This document shows positions 47,549-56,817 of a DNA stretch of 64,000 bases, one piece after another. The position numbers and the translations under genes are program-made. The stretch lies in NCBI GenBank assembly GCA_049513055.1, contig JBEKWN010000009.1, positions 3,789 through 67,788 of the forward strand, read 5' to 3'. The stretch comes from Thermodesulfobacteriota bacterium (GTDB lineage: Bacteria > Desulfobacterota > BSN033 > UBA1163). The notes beneath the pieces were generated by a model. It did no database searches. It saw only the letters and a list, made by a program, of their open reading frames with translations, and had not been told where the DNA came from. The first letter of the stretch is position 1. Each line of letters starts with the position of its first letter.

Positions 47549-48339
47549 CTTTGCTCCAAGACCTCCAGAGAATTTTTCAGGTCGCCAAACGAGAAGACCT
47601 CAACGGACAAAATTCCCGTAAAACTTTGAAGTTTGGAAAGGATCAGATCAACCATTTTACCATTTAATCTATCAATTCCCAAATGATCGACACCGTTTTC
47701 AATACCATGGAGATGGATGATGGAGGTTTGGGAGAGATAATTCTCCAAATAGCGTGGTATATCTTGGCTATAGATCAACATATGACCAATATCGAGGCAG
47801 ATCGAAAATCCAAATTCCTTCACTATATCTTCAATCCATTCGAAAGGATATGAAAGGGTCTCAATGGAGATTCGTTTGGGTTCAATCCCCCATTCCGTCA
47901 TCTCCTTTGCGCTTCGGAGGATGCGCCTCCGCCAGGCTTCAATATCAGTCTCCTCTCGGCCGTCCTTATTTCTTAAATCCAAATGGAGGGTATAGATAGA
48001 GGGCCTGAGACAGAGAGTCCGCTCCATCACCTTTCTTACAATGTTAACTCCCTTAACCCTGATCTCCTCCTCTTCGTCTCCCAAGAATATATCGATAGGC
48101 AAATGGATATTAAAATCGACTCCTTGGTGGATCGAAAGGCTCATTAGATCTTTCATCTGGGTCTCATCAGGATAATTATCCAATCCCTCGCTCTCAAAAA
48201 GGACCAGTTCTATCTCATCAAGGAATGGGGCCAGCTTCACCACGTTTGGGACAATGTGATCAGGATAGATATAAGAGGTGGTTCCTAATCTAAATGGGAA
48301 CATCCTTTTATAACATTTTTGCAGTAGAGAGTATTCCAT
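47533..48339 (-). CDS. xylose-isomerase-like TIM-barrel protein, candidate cobamide-remodelling phosphodiesterase (CbiR-like)
   Basis: 268 aa of the AP-endonuclease-2/sugar-phosphate-isomerase fold (LHLD..., LDIGH, HLHG). It sits between the btuB-type receptor and cobU in a B12-riboswitch operon. The functional call rests on context. Confidence 0.5.
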   Translation of the reverse strand: MEYSLLQKCYKRMFPFRLGTTSYIYPDHIVPNVVKLAPFLDEIELVLFESEGLDNYPDETQMKDLMSLSIHQGVDFNIHLPIDIFLGDEEEEIRVKGVNIVRKVMERTLCLRPSIYTLHLDLRNKDGREETDIEAWRRRILRSAKEMTEWGIEPKRISIETLSYPFEWIEDIVKEFGFSICLDIGHMLIYSQDIPRYLENYLSQTSIIHLHGIENGVDHLGIDRLNGKMVDLILSKLQSFTGILSVEVFSFGDLKNSLEVLEQRWKKE

Positions 48340-48348
48340 TTCGAGTCT

Positions 48349-50310
48349 CTAAAAAGTGTAGGAGAGACCTCCGATAAAGTTACGCTCAGGTGAAGGATAA
48401 TAAAATTGTGCCCCCGTGGCATTGACAACGCCGAATTCTGAAAACTTTTGATTGGTCAGGTTATTCACACCGACAAAGGCCTTCAATCCCTTCCAGGCGT
48501 AGGAGAGCTTTGCATCGATGGAATAATATCCATCCAGTTTATCCACCTTGTTAGCCCAATCACTGATAAAGTATCGGGACCCTACAAGATTGGCTCTGGT
48601 GTTGAAGGATAAACCGCCCCATATTTGGACATCCGCGCCGACTGAGCCTTTATGCCTTGGAACACCGGGAATGTCATTTCCTGAATAGGGTTCCTCCTGC
48701 AGGGTAGGCTTAATATAACTGTAGTTACCCCAAAGAGTGAGCCATTGGAGGGGTCTCACCTTTGCTCCTATTTCGATTCCCTGACGCCGAGTTTTGGGAA
48801 AGTTTTCATTGGCATATGTATAGGGGTTAAAGAAGATTTCGTTCCGGGTTTCGACCCAGAAGAGCGTCAGGTTAGCCTCGATCTGATCTGTAAAAGCATG
48901 GCGGACACCAGCCTCATACTGATATCCCGTTTGGGGTTTCATCCCGGGGTTCACCTGAAAGGTCGGGAAGAATTGGATCAATTCGTCAGAAACGGGGAAG
49001 CGGAAGCTCCTTTTTACACTAAGAAAGGCAGAAGATTTTTTGCCAAATAGATAGTCCAAGCCCACGTTCCAGGCAGGCTCGTTATTGTTTTTTTTATCCT
49101 CTGCTCTGGGTACATCTTGGAAGAGGTCATAAGTCACCCACTCCTGGCGATAACCCATGGAGAGGATCAGGCTCTTGAGGAGAGACAATTCATCCAATAC
49201 ATAGGCGCCTATCGATTGCTTCGTAACTTCTACCCGGTTTGATCCGAAGGACGACTCGGAGAAGACGTTGGAATCCGAATGATAGAAATCGAGCCCGAGA
49301 GTTAATTTGTTAGGCAAGATCCAGAGGGGTTTTTCGAGAATGTATCTTGGAGTCACTCCCCAGGTGCTTAAATTTCTTTTGTCACTGAAGGAGTAGGATT
49401 GAAAGAGGTCCTTTACTTCTCTATTTCGGTAGGAAAGGTCCATTTCCAATCGACCGAGGTCCCATAATTTGGCCTTTGCTCCCAGAGCGAGATACCAATC
49501 ATTCGTTTTTGCTTTATCGTCAGGGGCAATTGTTGCCTGCCGGTCCGCTTCGTAAATGGCTTTAGGAAGGGCACCTGGCAAGCCTTGATCATCCTGATGG
49601 AAAGTTCCGCTCAGGTTGAAGCTGATGTTTTCATTCAAGTCATAGATAACCTTTCCTCCAACATCTTTTGCTCTTAAAAATCCATTCTCACGATATCCGT
49701 CTGTAGCATTATGACTCGCGTTGAGAATGGCAGACAGGGGACCCCATTTTCCACTCACGGAAGCACTCTCTTTGTTGTAGCCGTAGCTTCCCCCCACTAC
49801 TTCTGCTTTGGCAGAAAAAGGTTTTTCAGGCTTCTTCGTAATGATGTTGATTACCCCGCCCGCAGCATTATCCCCGTAAAGGACACTCCCCGAACCTCGA
49901 ACGATTTCAATCCGTTCCACCTGGTCAAGCGGGATTTGGGTCCAGTCCACTCCGCTGAGGTCGATTTCATTCACCCTTCTCCCATCTACTAATACGAGTG
50001 TATTGAGAGGACCTGTCTCCCCAAAACCCCTGATATCAACAGAGGCTGATTTTCCATTTCCGTAAATATCCCGAACCTCAATATCTGCCTCGTTTCGGAG
50101 TAGATCAACCACGTTTTGTGCATTGGACTGTCCAATCTCCTCTTTCGTGATGACAGTAACGTTGGCAGGAATCTTCCTGATTTCCTGCTCATCCCGTGTG
50201 GCGGTGACAACGACCTTCTCAAGCGTCACTTCTTTGTCTTGTGCAAGAGAAAAGGATGGGAACACTACAAAAAAGGTTAAAGATAAAAAGATGGAAATAA
50301 AATGTTTCAT
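48349..50310 (-). CDS. TonB-dependent receptor (BtuB-like)
   Basis: Signal peptide, TonB box (EKVVVTAT), a plug domain and a C-terminal beta-barrel ending in ..GGLSYTF. It is preceded by a cobalamin riboswitch. Confidence 0.9.
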   Translation of the reverse strand: MKHFISIFLSLTFFVVFPSFSLAQDKEVTLEKVVVTATRDEQEIRKIPANVTVITKEEIGQSNAQNVVDLLRNEADIEVRDIYGNGKSASVDIRGFGETGPLNTLVLVDGRRVNEIDLSGVDWTQIPLDQVERIEIVRGSGSVLYGDNAAGGVINIITKKPEKPFSAKAEVVGGSYGYNKESASVSGKWGPLSAILNASHNATDGYRENGFLRAKDVGGKVIYDLNENISFNLSGTFHQDDQGLPGALPKAIYEADRQATIAPDDKAKTNDWYLALGAKAKLWDLGRLEMDLSYRNREVKDLFQSYSFSDKRNLSTWGVTPRYILEKPLWILPNKLTLGLDFYHSDSNVFSESSFGSNRVEVTKQSIGAYVLDELSLLKSLILSMGYRQEWVTYDLFQDVPRAEDKKNNNEPAWNVGLDYLFGKKSSAFLSVKRSFRFPVSDELIQFFPTFQVNPGMKPQTGYQYEAGVRHAFTDQIEANLTLFWVETRNEIFFNPYTYANENFPKTRRQGIEIGAKVRPLQWLTLWGNYSYIKPTLQEEPYSGNDIPGVPRHKGSVGADVQIWGGLSFNTRANLVGSRYFISDWANKVDKLDGYYSIDAKLSYAWKGLKAFVGVNNLTNQKFSEFGVVNATGAQFYYPSPERNFIGGLSYTF

Positions 50311-50397
50311 AAAGCACCTCCCCGACCCATCCTATGGGTCAAAAAATTTTTGGACGACCCCGAACCATATTAGTTCGGGGCCAGGGGAAAAGGGTTC

Positions 50398-50438
50398 AAA
50401 AAAAATCCCCAGCCTTCGTATTGAAAACTGGGGATTTT
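50398..50438 (-). terminator. riboswitch expression-platform terminator
   Basis: On the minus strand, AAAAUCCCCAG is followed by a 15-nt loop, CUGGGGAUUUU and then UUUU. It lies between the aptamer and the receptor gene. Confidence 0.55.
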
Positions 50439-50439
50439 A

Positions 50440-50695
50440 CCCGCTTGCACCCTTCACAGTCTTATCCTCGAAGACCTTTCCGTGAAGAATATCCAGGCAG
50501 GTTTTCTGACTCTCCCGACCTTAACTCGCCTTCCCATCCTGAGTGTGTCCAAGGACAGTGGCTTTTTTGTTAAGGCACTTATCCCGCAATTTTAAAAAAT
50601 GCGGGATCAGGACTACAGCGGCGGGTCCGTCCCCGACTTTCTCCGTCTAAACGAAGATCACGGGGTTCCCTTTTCCTGGGTATCACCGTTGGAAT
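50440..50695 (-). promoter_or_regulatory. cobalamin (B12) riboswitch
   Basis: The minus strand shows GGTGATACCCAGGAAAAGGGAACCCCGTGA, then CCCGCCGCTGTAG, then the B12 box AGTCAGAAAACCTGCC (50496-50511). The boundaries are approximate. Confidence 0.8.
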
Positions 50696-50806
50696 AATTT
50701 CTTTTAACAAATTTTAAAATGGTCTGTCAAGTTTTTTCCTTTGACTTCTCTAACCTTCCGATCCTTCTTTCTACCTCAACCATTCAAAAAAAGAGGGATA
50801 GTTTGG

Positions 50807-51502
50807 TTACTTCGGATTATGAGATTCTGTATCCTTGAAAATCTCATCGCTGAGTCCCACATTGACCCTGTAATTCGAATAGGTGATTTGGATCTTGCCA
50901 GTGATGCTCTTGGTCCTCTGTCCAAACTGGGTGAATTCCTTCATCCCGCTTGGTTCCTCAGAGGGTATGTCAAGCTGGAGATCAATATGTGTCGGGAGTT
51001 CAAAACCGTCAAACATTCCATATTCAATGGCGGCTTTGATTTCCCTTCCTTCGGAGGGTGAAATTTTAATTTCTCTGATCAGGTTGCGGTCAGTGTCTAT
51101 CGTCAATACTAAACCCTTGTTATAGGTGTTCATATCCGTTGGAGTGAGTCTCAGCCTTACTGCTTTTCTACCGTCATAGATCAAGCGCTCTAGAAGTCTG
51201 ACCTCGAAATCCTTTTTCTTGAACAGAGAGGGATTGAAATATCCACCCTCCTTAGGAAAGAAGAAGACTTTTTTTGACTCCACTTTCATTTTGTCGGGAG
51301 CCTTGAAGTAAAGCCTGGCTTGCATATCCGGCGCCTTGAGAGCTTCTATATCAAAATGCACATTGACATCAACCCTGTAGTCCTTCAACCCGGAATATTT
51401 TTTTTCTATTGAATCGAGGTAGCGAGTAGTATCTTCCTGAGCCTGAATCCATTCAGATGAAAGGAGAAAAAGAATTCCTGCCAATAATAAAACCTTCTTC
51501 AA
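50807..51502 (-). CDS. LolA-like outer-membrane lipoprotein-sorting fold protein
   Basis: Signal peptide KKVLLLAGILFLLSS. The beta-rich body with YLDSIEKKYSGLKDY..D resembles LolA/DUF4367-type proteins. The TTG start at 51502 overlaps the upstream stop (TTGA). Confidence 0.5.
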   Translation of the reverse strand: MKKVLLLAGILFLLSSEWIQAQEDTTRYLDSIEKKYSGLKDYRVDVNVHFDIEALKAPDMQARLYFKAPDKMKVESKKVFFFPKEGGYFNPSLFKKKDFEVRLLERLIYDGRKAVRLRLTPTDMNTYNKGLVLTIDTDRNLIREIKISPSEGREIKAAIEYGMFDGFELPTHIDLQLDIPSEEPSGMKEFTQFGQRTKSITGKIQITYSNYRVNVGLSDEIFKDTESHNPK

Positions 51503-52341
51503 CTCTTTATATCCTTTCTCTTGAAGACTACAAAAGCAATCGAAAACAAACCGATATTGTGGAGACCGAGAATCAATGCTGACCTCGCTATCTCCTGCCA
51601 CGGTATCGGGTCATCAAAAAATCGCTGCCAGAAGATCATATAGGTTGTGAAGAGATAGGGACTAAGCATTCGGAAGAAATCAAAGGGGAAATTTCCGAGA
51701 ACAAGGAAGACGATGACTACAGCCATCGTGCCAATAATCGGGCCGATGGAGTTCTCCGCCAACGTCGAAAAAAGAAAGGCGAGTGAAGCCACCACCGTCA
51801 TGGACCAGACAGCGGCTGTAAAGGCAAGGAGCATTCTAAGGGGGACTTCCGCCTCGGGAATAAAAACGATCCGTAATTTGGTTTGATAATTTATCATTAA
51901 GTCACCGTGGCCAAACAAGAGAAGACCAAGGGTGATGCATATCAAAGCGAGAAAGATAACCAGTCCTGTTGTGTAAAAAAGGGTTGTCAGGTATTTGGCT
52001 GTAATGATCTTACTTCGAGAAGGGGGTCGTATCAACAGAAGCCTCATTGTCCCAGCCGTGGCTTCACTTGAGACAATGTCTCCGCCAACAAGGGTGATGA
52101 AAAAGGGGATGTGGATATGAAGACTATTCATGATGAAGGCCGTAATGAACCAGCCATTCAGGACATTCCCAAAGATGAGAAAATCCTTCTGGAAAGATCT
52201 CATCATACGGTAAAGGATCTCATTGGCACTTAATTTCATCACCACTTCAGTCATAATGACAATCAAAGCGATGAAACCAAAACTGATGTACGTGCGCCAT
52301 CGGCTGAATGTCTTATAGGTCTCTAACCAGAAGAGCTTCAT
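51499..52341 (-). CDS. ABC-2 type transporter permease
   Basis: 280 aa and 6 TM helices. It is translationally coupled to the upstream ATPase. Confidence 0.7.
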   Translation of the reverse strand: MKLFWLETYKTFSRWRTYISFGFIALIVIMTEVVMKLSANEILYRMMRSFQKDFLIFGNVLNGWFITAFIMNSLHIHIPFFITLVGGDIVSSEATAGTMRLLLIRPPSRSKIITAKYLTTLFYTTGLVIFLALICITLGLLLFGHGDLMINYQTKLRIVFIPEAEVPLRMLLAFTAAVWSMTVVASLAFLFSTLAENSIGPIIGTMAVVIVFLVLGNFPFDFFRMLSPYLFTTYMIFWQRFFDDPIPWQEIARSALILGLHNIGLFSIAFVVFKRKDIKS

Positions 52342-53282
52342 ATCTCAGATGTCCCTTCGGTGATCTTTAAAAAGAAATCCTCGAGTGTTCGATGTGGATA
52401 AAATGATGAAATCTCGATATGATTCGAAACAAGAAACTTGTTCAACTCGGAAGCGTGACCGGGTTCAACGCGCAATTCGATCTTACTGTCCTCGGCTGAG
52501 AGGACCTCAACCCAAGGGAGTTTCCTGAGGAGTTCGATTGCTGAGTCAAGAGGTGAAACCTGGATGGAATACTCCGTTGGTTCTCCGCCAAGCAGTTCAG
52601 AAACAGACCCCTGTGTAACCAGTTCACCCCGATTGATCACAGCCATCCTCGTGGCAACCAATTCAACTTCAGAAAGGAGGTGAGAAGAAAGGAAGATGGT
52701 CATTTCTTTCTCCCTGGCGAGCTTCTTGATCAGCCCTCTGACTTCTTTCATTCCCTGTGGATCGAGTCCTGCAGTCGGTTCGTCAAGGATGATCAGTTCT
52801 GGTTCAGTCAGCAGAGCCTGAGCGATTCCAAGTCTTTGCTTCATTCCGTGCGAAAAGGTCTTGACTTTTTCAAAAGCACGCGATGCCAACCCCACCATTT
52901 GGAGAGCTTCCATGATCTCTTCTTTTCGGACACTGCGGGTCATCGAGCCGAGTATCTCAAGATTTTTGTAAGCCGAAAGGTACAGGTAGAAATCCGGTTT
53001 CTCGACGATTCCACAGACCCGTGAAAGAACGGCACTGCGGTTTTTATGAAGATCCATTCCGAAAATTTCAATCGAGCCGGCGGTAGGCCTGAGGAGCGTT
53101 AGGATCATTCGTATGGTCGTACTTTTCCCTGCGCCGTTTGGACCGAGGAAACAAAAAACATCGCCGCGGTGGACTTCAATATTTAAACCCTTGGCAGCCC
53201 AGCGCTTTCCAAACCTCTTGCTCAAATCATTGGTTCGCAGAACAACTTCTTTGTGGAAAAGGTCTTCCATGACATTAAACAA
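52338..53282 (-). CDS. ABC transporter ATP-binding protein
   Basis: Walker A GPNGAGKST, signature FSHGMKQRL and Walker B LIILDEPT. Confidence 0.9.
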   Translation of the reverse strand: MFNVMEDLFHKEVVLRTNDLSKRFGKRWAAKGLNIEVHRGDVFCFLGPNGAGKSTTIRMILTLLRPTAGSIEIFGMDLHKNRSAVLSRVCGIVEKPDFYLYLSAYKNLEILGSMTRSVRKEEIMEALQMVGLASRAFEKVKTFSHGMKQRLGIAQALLTEPELIILDEPTAGLDPQGMKEVRGLIKKLAREKEMTIFLSSHLLSEVELVATRMAVINRGELVTQGSVSELLGGEPTEYSIQVSPLDSAIELLRKLPWVEVLSAEDSKIELRVEPGHASELNKFLVSNHIEISSFYPHRTLEDFFLKITEGTSEI

Positions 53283-53404
53283 ACCAGGAAACTTCTATTT
53301 GTTCTCTCCTCTTTTTTTATCAATGATGGATCTTAACTCTATCATTCAAATCGAGATTTTCAAGTAGAATTTGGCCATCTGATTCTGGAGTTCAATCGGG
53401 TCGC

Positions 53405-54376
53405 TTAATCCGGATGGAAACGGAATCCCATCTCAAGGGTATTATCACTAAATTCTTTGGGAATGGGAGGAAAGGGTTCAGCCTTCCTAATCGCCCGCAT
53501 TGTACTCTTGTCATAAAGGGCATTGCCAGACATTTTTTCAAACCATGATTTCTGAATTTTCCCTTCCCTCTCTATGACGATGACGATGATTGTTTCCAGG
53601 TTTGTTTTTCCCTTGGGAAGATCTCCAGGGAGAGCCCATTCCTTTTTTATTTTTGCCCATATCATATTGTAGTAATCGTTCAGCTTTGATTCCAATGCGG
53701 AGGAACCTCCGAAGGGAGAACCCCACGGTGACCCTCCTGTTGGAGAACCAGCCGACCCGGATCCGGTTCCAGTTCCCAATCCCGCTCCTGTTCCAGACCC
53801 GGAGCCAGGCCCGGATAGACGAGCCGTTGAAGGTTCCTCTGTCGATCCCTTTTCCAATTTCTCACGACGGGCTACTCTTTTTTGAATTTGATCAAGGGCT
53901 GCTTTCTTATCAATTTCCTCGATGGCCTCTTGAAGATGCTTATAGGACTTTTCCTTTTGAGATCTTTTCAAGCCTTCGGTGATCTCATTTCCTGTCACGC
54001 GCTCATTTGATTTTTGTTTCTTCGTCACATAAGGCACTTCTCCCTTTTTTGATTCTGTCGTCCTTGATTTCTCAACAGGTTTGATTTTTTCACCCGGCTG
54101 GGAAGCAGGCAATCCTCTGGGAGAACCCGGGAGTCCTGGAATGGATCTACCTAACGGAGTTCCGTCTCCGTGAGGGGAAAAGGGCCGAAGTGTAACCCGA
54201 TAAACAGATAGCCCCATTTTTGTAATCGTAGTCTTCAGGCCGAAGCTCAGGATGGCAACAAGGGTAATATGAAGTAGCAGTGAGAAAACCCCCGCTTTCA
54301 GCAATGCGCTCTGATCAAGAGAAGGCGGGTCATTCAAAAGATGAGATCTTTCCCTCCCTTTTTGTAATCTTGTCAT
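53405..54376 (-). CDS. tonB: TonB family energy transducer
   Basis: N-terminal TM anchor, a Pro/Gly-rich spacer (GSGSGTGAGLGTGTGSGS) and a C-terminal TonB domain (Y...I...I...W..P). Confidence 0.8.
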   Translation of the reverse strand: MTRLQKGRERSHLLNDPPSLDQSALLKAGVFSLLLHITLVAILSFGLKTTITKMGLSVYRVTLRPFSPHGDGTPLGRSIPGLPGSPRGLPASQPGEKIKPVEKSRTTESKKGEVPYVTKKQKSNERVTGNEITEGLKRSQKEKSYKHLQEAIEEIDKKAALDQIQKRVARREKLEKGSTEEPSTARLSGPGSGSGTGAGLGTGTGSGSAGSPTGGSPWGSPFGGSSALESKLNDYYNMIWAKIKKEWALPGDLPKGKTNLETIIVIVIEREGKIQKSWFEKMSGNALYDKSTMRAIRKAEPFPPIPKEFSDNTLEMGFRFHPD

Positions 54377-54774
54377 TTTTTCAACTCTATCCCTAAGCCA
54401 GGGTTCTTCACGCCCGATCGCGTTAAGACATCCATCACTTGTATCACGGAATCATATTTGACATTCTTATCCCCGTTAATAATTACAGAGACATCGGGTT
54501 TACTCCGTACCATTGCTGTCAGTCTATATTTCAATGTATCTAAATCAAGTCTCTTATCCTCCAGAAAAACTTCGCCTTGAGCATTGATGTTGATGATGAT
54601 ATCTCGGGATGTCTCCTCAGATTTTGATGCCTGGGGCAATTGTACTTTCATGCTGGATTGGTAAATGAAAGGGGTGGCTATCATGAAGATGATCAATAGA
54701 ACCAGAACCACATCGGTAAAAGGGGTGATATTAATTTCTGCTATTAATTTGGATCTTCTCATTTCCCTCTTCAT
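54373..54774 (-). CDS. exbD: biopolymer transport protein ExbD/TolR
   Basis: INITPFTDVVLVLLIIFM... and a periplasmic domain with INGDKNVKYDSVIQVMDVL. Confidence 0.9.
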   Translation of the reverse strand: MKREMRRSKLIAEINITPFTDVVLVLLIIFMIATPFIYQSSMKVQLPQASKSEETSRDIIININAQGEVFLEDKRLDLDTLKYRLTAMVRSKPDVSVIINGDKNVKYDSVIQVMDVLTRSGVKNPGLGIELKK

Positions 54775-54775
54775 G

Positions 54776-55402
54776 TTATTGATTCCCCCCGGTCAGGTCG
54801 ATGAATTCGGAGGCACATAATTCCATATCATTGATAAAATGTTCAACTCTTTTTATGAAATAATTGAATGCGATCACTGCGGGGACAGCCACCAAAAGCC
54901 CCATGGCTGTACAGACCAGTGCTTCGGCTACTCCCCCGATGACGATACTCATCCCGCCGGCTCCGGCTGCGGCAATATCATGAAATGCCCTGATGATCCC
55001 CAGGACTGTCCCAAAGAGCCCGATATAAACAGCCGTATTTCCAATGGTTCCCACGATGCTTGTAAAGCGTTCTAATTTTGTGGTTTCCACAGTAATCTCT
55101 CGCTCCATCGCATTGGATATTTCTTTTTCATGGTGATCATGGAGTTCAAGTCCGGAATAAATAACATTCGAAAAGGGAGCATCCGTGTCCTTGCAGATTT
55201 CCATTGCCCTTTCAATATTACCGCTTTTTAATGCCCTTTTTATTCCTGTCATAAATTCCGATCTTTTGGTTCTGGATCGTTTTCTGTAATAAAAAATCCT
55301 TTCTAAAAGGATGGTGATGGACAAAAAAGAGCAGAATAGTAAGATATACATCGTGAAACCACCTATCTGAAGTATTTCCCAGATTGTTTTTCCCGCAAAC
55401 AT
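54776..55402 (-). CDS. exbB: MotA/TolQ/ExbB proton channel protein
   Basis: Three TM helices and the conserved GLFGTVLGII..F...GGVAEAL..TA.GL.VA.P motif. Confidence 0.9.
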   Translation of the reverse strand: MFAGKTIWEILQIGGFTMYILLFCSFLSITILLERIFYYRKRSRTKRSEFMTGIKRALKSGNIERAMEICKDTDAPFSNVIYSGLELHDHHEKEISNAMEREITVETTKLERFTSIVGTIGNTAVYIGLFGTVLGIIRAFHDIAAAGAGGMSIVIGGVAEALVCTAMGLLVAVPAVIAFNYFIKRVEHFINDMELCASEFIDLTGGNQ

Positions 55403-55528
55403 CTAATCCTCCTCCTTCAAAAAATACTTTATTCCTTTTGCCAAGACGTTATGAAGCCATCTTTGGTAATAAATATCGCTCATCTATCCGAATTTGGCAA
55501 GAATTACTTACAGGCTCATTTTAGGAGG

Positions 55529-56455
55529 TCAAGATGGATTCAAGAATTTTTGAGTCTCTTTCAGGGTGGGGATTCCTTTTCTTCCGCCAAGTTCTCGGCA
55601 TTTAAGGGCAGCCACTGCATTGGCAAACCTTAAAATCTCTGCCACCTCCCAATTTTGAAGGAGGCCATATATAAATCCTCCGTGGAAGACATCGCCTGCG
55701 CCAGTGGTATCCACGGCCTTTACTTTGAATCCTTCAGCATAGATAAATTCCCCATTGACCATGGCCATGGCACCTTCGTGCCCCAGAGTGGTACACAGAA
55801 ATCCAGGGGTATACTTTTGGAGTTCGAGAAGAGCCTTTTCTCGATCTGAAATTCCGGTGTAGAGCATAGGGAATCGTGAAGAGGTGATGACGAAATCAAT
55901 TTCTTTAATCAACTCAGAAGTGAGAGGTTCTACTTTGTCGAGGTCAATGACAATTGGAATTCCTTCCTCCTTTGCCCACCTGGCACATTGAATAGCGGCG
56001 TGGATGTCGTGACCATCTAAGTGGAGGAGTTTTCCAGAGCAGACCTCCTCTTTCCGAAGTTCTCCTTCGCGGTACATCAATCGTTCGTCTCGATTCCAAA
56101 TGATCGTCCGTTCTCCAGAGGGACCCTCCACAATGATCATGGCAAACTGGTTTGTGGCATTGGGCTCGATCGTCACCGAAGAGACATCCACTCCCTCCTG
56201 GTGAATGGAATGGAGAGAGAATTGGCCCAGCTTATCCTCTCCGACTTTTCCAATATATTTCGTTTTCACACCCCATCGACTCAGGGCCACCATGGCTGTG
56301 GCCACCTGGCCTCCTCCCTGTTTGGAAAACCGGAGCATCTCCATTTTTGAATTCGGAGTAGGGAATTCTGGAACCACACTGAGGAAGTCCACAGAGTTGA
56401 GGCCTATCCCCACCACATCAAAAGGTTTGTCTTGAAGTGGAAGATTAAATCGCAT
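55529..56455 (-). CDS. PfkB family carbohydrate kinase (ribokinase-like)
   Basis: GGG..N.A (GGGQVATAM) and the C-terminal DTTGAGDVFHGGF anion-hole/catalytic motif. Confidence 0.85.
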   Translation of the reverse strand: MRFNLPLQDKPFDVVGIGLNSVDFLSVVPEFPTPNSKMEMLRFSKQGGGQVATAMVALSRWGVKTKYIGKVGEDKLGQFSLHSIHQEGVDVSSVTIEPNATNQFAMIIVEGPSGERTIIWNRDERLMYREGELRKEEVCSGKLLHLDGHDIHAAIQCARWAKEEGIPIVIDLDKVEPLTSELIKEIDFVITSSRFPMLYTGISDREKALLELQKYTPGFLCTTLGHEGAMAMVNGEFIYAEGFKVKAVDTTGAGDVFHGGFIYGLLQNWEVAEILRFANAVAALKCRELGGRKGIPTLKETQKFLNPS

Positions 56456-56509
56456 GTCTTTCTATTTACAGATTTTTGGGTAAGTTTTCAAGGATTCAAA
56501 TCATTTTTG

Positions 56510-56538
56510 TTGACTTTTTTGTCACAGATTAATATATT
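56510..56538 (+). promoter_or_regulatory. sigma70-type promoter facing the cassette array
   Basis: TTGACT (56510-56515), a 17-nt spacer, then TATATT (56533-56538). It lies 53 nt upstream of a solo GTTAGGG core at 56591. Confidence 0.45.
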
Positions 56539-56817
56539 CCAAACAAAATAGAGGCCATCCGTCAATATCTTTCAACCCTTTAGCCATGTAGTTAGGGTGG
56601 ACATATGGTCTGAAGATGAATGGATACCCCATTTCTGAAAAGGAATGGGTTTTTTTGTCTCATCAGTCTCGTTAGAGAAAAGGCTCCAAAGTTCCCAACA
56701 AACTTTCTAACGGGGCTTGCCATGGGGGTGTACCTCTCAACCAGTTCGGATGTGAGCGAGTTAGCCGCTTATTGCAAGTATTTTTGCCAGAACCAAAGAA
56801 AAGCATACAGAGACCGA

